A DNA stretch of 58,708 nt from NCBI GenBank assembly GCA_031411295.1, contig JANOAV010000001.1:1-58708 (forward strand), in the 5' to 3' direction. Numbering within the stretch: position 1 is the stretch's first letter; every line of letters begins with the position of its first letter. Under the pieces are notes generated by a model, which did no database searches, was not told the DNA's origin, and saw only the letters and a list, made by a program, of their open reading frames with translations. Positions 58,301-58,708 of the stretch are shown here, piece by piece. Made by a program: the position numbers and the translations under genes. The DNA is from Verrucomicrobiales bacterium. GTDB lineage: Bacteria; Verrucomicrobiota; Verrucomicrobiia; Verrucomicrobiales; V1-33.

Positions 58301-58708
58301 CTACGACAGCCCCTACCTCTCGATGGTCCATGGCACGGATCTGGCCACGGTTTCCTACCCGGGTTATGACAATTTGTTGCTGAACTTCGACCCTTCCTCC
58401 ACCGGCTTCGTCGCGGTCACCGCCAGCGCCCAATCCTATGAGAGTGCCCCCGCCCTGACCAACACGATCACCGGCTTCACGGTAGATTCCGGCAGCAATC
58501 GCAAACTGGTCCTGACAGCCAGTTGGGAAAGCACGAATTCGGGCATCAGCGCGACCTGGAACGGGACACAGAATTTCACGGTGGCGGTGAATTCCGCGAA
58601 CAGCAGAAACTCGGCGATCCTCTACCTCGACGACCCGACTCCCGGCACCGGCAACATCGTGGTGACCTTCCCCGTGACGCTCCCCAACGGTTCACGCGTC
58701 GGGGCACT
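55320..58708 (+). CDS. Large secreted protein, 3'-truncated by the window: two Big_5/SbsA-like Ig domains plus a possible polysaccharide-lyase-like domain
   Basis: ATG at 55320 with signal peptide MTRFNRSIKFLAAISGLVAMAGSVMA; the frame reads as protein at every point spot-checked to the window end; NLVATFSE twice; GSENH and EIASPIY motifs. Confidence 0.85.
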   Translation, partial: MTRFNRSIKFLAAISGLVAMAGSVMAQITLVNTSSMVSPVADDPKTAVLSFNAGATVNKLIVQVSAEGQEVDSITYQGVALTQAAAGTASGRNKGIFYLDNPFTGGVAQLSVTLGVGTSNGIAIGVVSVAGAAPGVAASALANGARSVTLTVPVSGSFVVGGYAANGTGTITLPAGHTAIYNSTNIGSANAAASYANAQTIGSKTYFYTDTGALPVTSAAVFVPASAPPEITSISPAAGALAVPPDGNLVATFSEAVVAGSGNIELWRSGGTSPVESFNVSTSPQLSFSGPTLTIDPSANLAPNTFYYVLIASTAVVDTFGAKAFAGITSPSTWSFSTGNTPPLVPTFSPKDDAFGVALNANLVATFSEIIQKGTGSITIRRTDGTVFETINVTSTAVTLSGGKVTINPVNNFVAGAGYYVLIDPTALRNTTSLYYAGISDPTVWNFTALPDLATVDGRLTWMMQNNITNPYPSTTSSAGLASYALAAFHLGTDLVTANVYINQFHDQYPVPDSDTIEFDSYFWLHLVWRIYHDPAMNARLTPQARADILDMMWLFIRTRSNTSYAQGDSWIYHGSENHDAMQKGSYLLCAEALKDAPGYGPNMVLADGQTLAQHATAWSGYFQRYFTARAGEGINAEIASPIYAKYSVGVYYNLMDLAESPVLRTLAKRFITLYWADTASDWTLSGVRGGGEARCYKDNYVRLGSQYSFRSLLYGYGWHAASSTVSTYGLIPAASSYRVPALITACAAAPARPNYLYTSRRFGRDGGSVGGGNLIGFDSGNSNLRRYTWVTPDYTMGTLTFDMNRDYVQIIDQNRAMGMMFASGPNNRVMVFGKGSSFDDKSYADLNGVTRTNCMVVQRDPNANSTGDGTLVFVPQGLWNARVETSGWLFLQSGNAYCAVRPASGGYTATTASQGVDLSLGNIWAPVIIQMGQKANYVDFAAFQASVIANALTFVTNTLNYTSEAGDTFTFYANSKTTPRVNGTTVNLNPTKTYDSPYLSMVHGTDLATVSYPGYDNLLLNFDPSSTGFVAVTASAQSYESAPALTNTITGFTVDSGSNRKLVLTASWESTNSGISATWNGTQNFTVAVNSANSRNSAILYLDDPTPGTGNIVVTFPVTLPNGSRVGA

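Overview
Chromosomal window from a probable Verrucomicrobiota bacterium (PEP-CTERM protein, typical secreted-protein architectures; the lineage is inferred). The backbone carries lpxB, fabV, dapA-dapB, glycoside hydrolases, a detached ribosomal-protein block (rplV-rpsC-rplP-rpmC-rpsQ), an orphan PelA-like gene, a UGPase, an ABC-F ATPase, RsmB/NOP, a CPA2 antiporter and two very large secreted proteins (the last runs off the window and is missing from the ORF track). The most notable region is a ~12.5 kb element in tRNA-Leu(TAG), bounded by a 92-bp direct repeat (12716-12807 / 25188-25279). It encodes a tyrosine integrase split by a frameshift at a G8 run, an AlpA/Xis-like protein, a Toprim primase, an SF3-like helicase, a phage tape-measure protein and a serine resolvase, with no recognisable capsid, portal or terminase gene, so it looks like a tail-modifying phage satellite. 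It also has two arrays of a structured ~139-bp non-coding repeat and two TTCAC/GTGAA clusters reminiscent of the bipartite P4 origin. A bufferin-type DUF692 (MNIO) RiPP cluster lies at 45.7-47.8 kb. All calls come from reading motifs by eye; no database searches were run.
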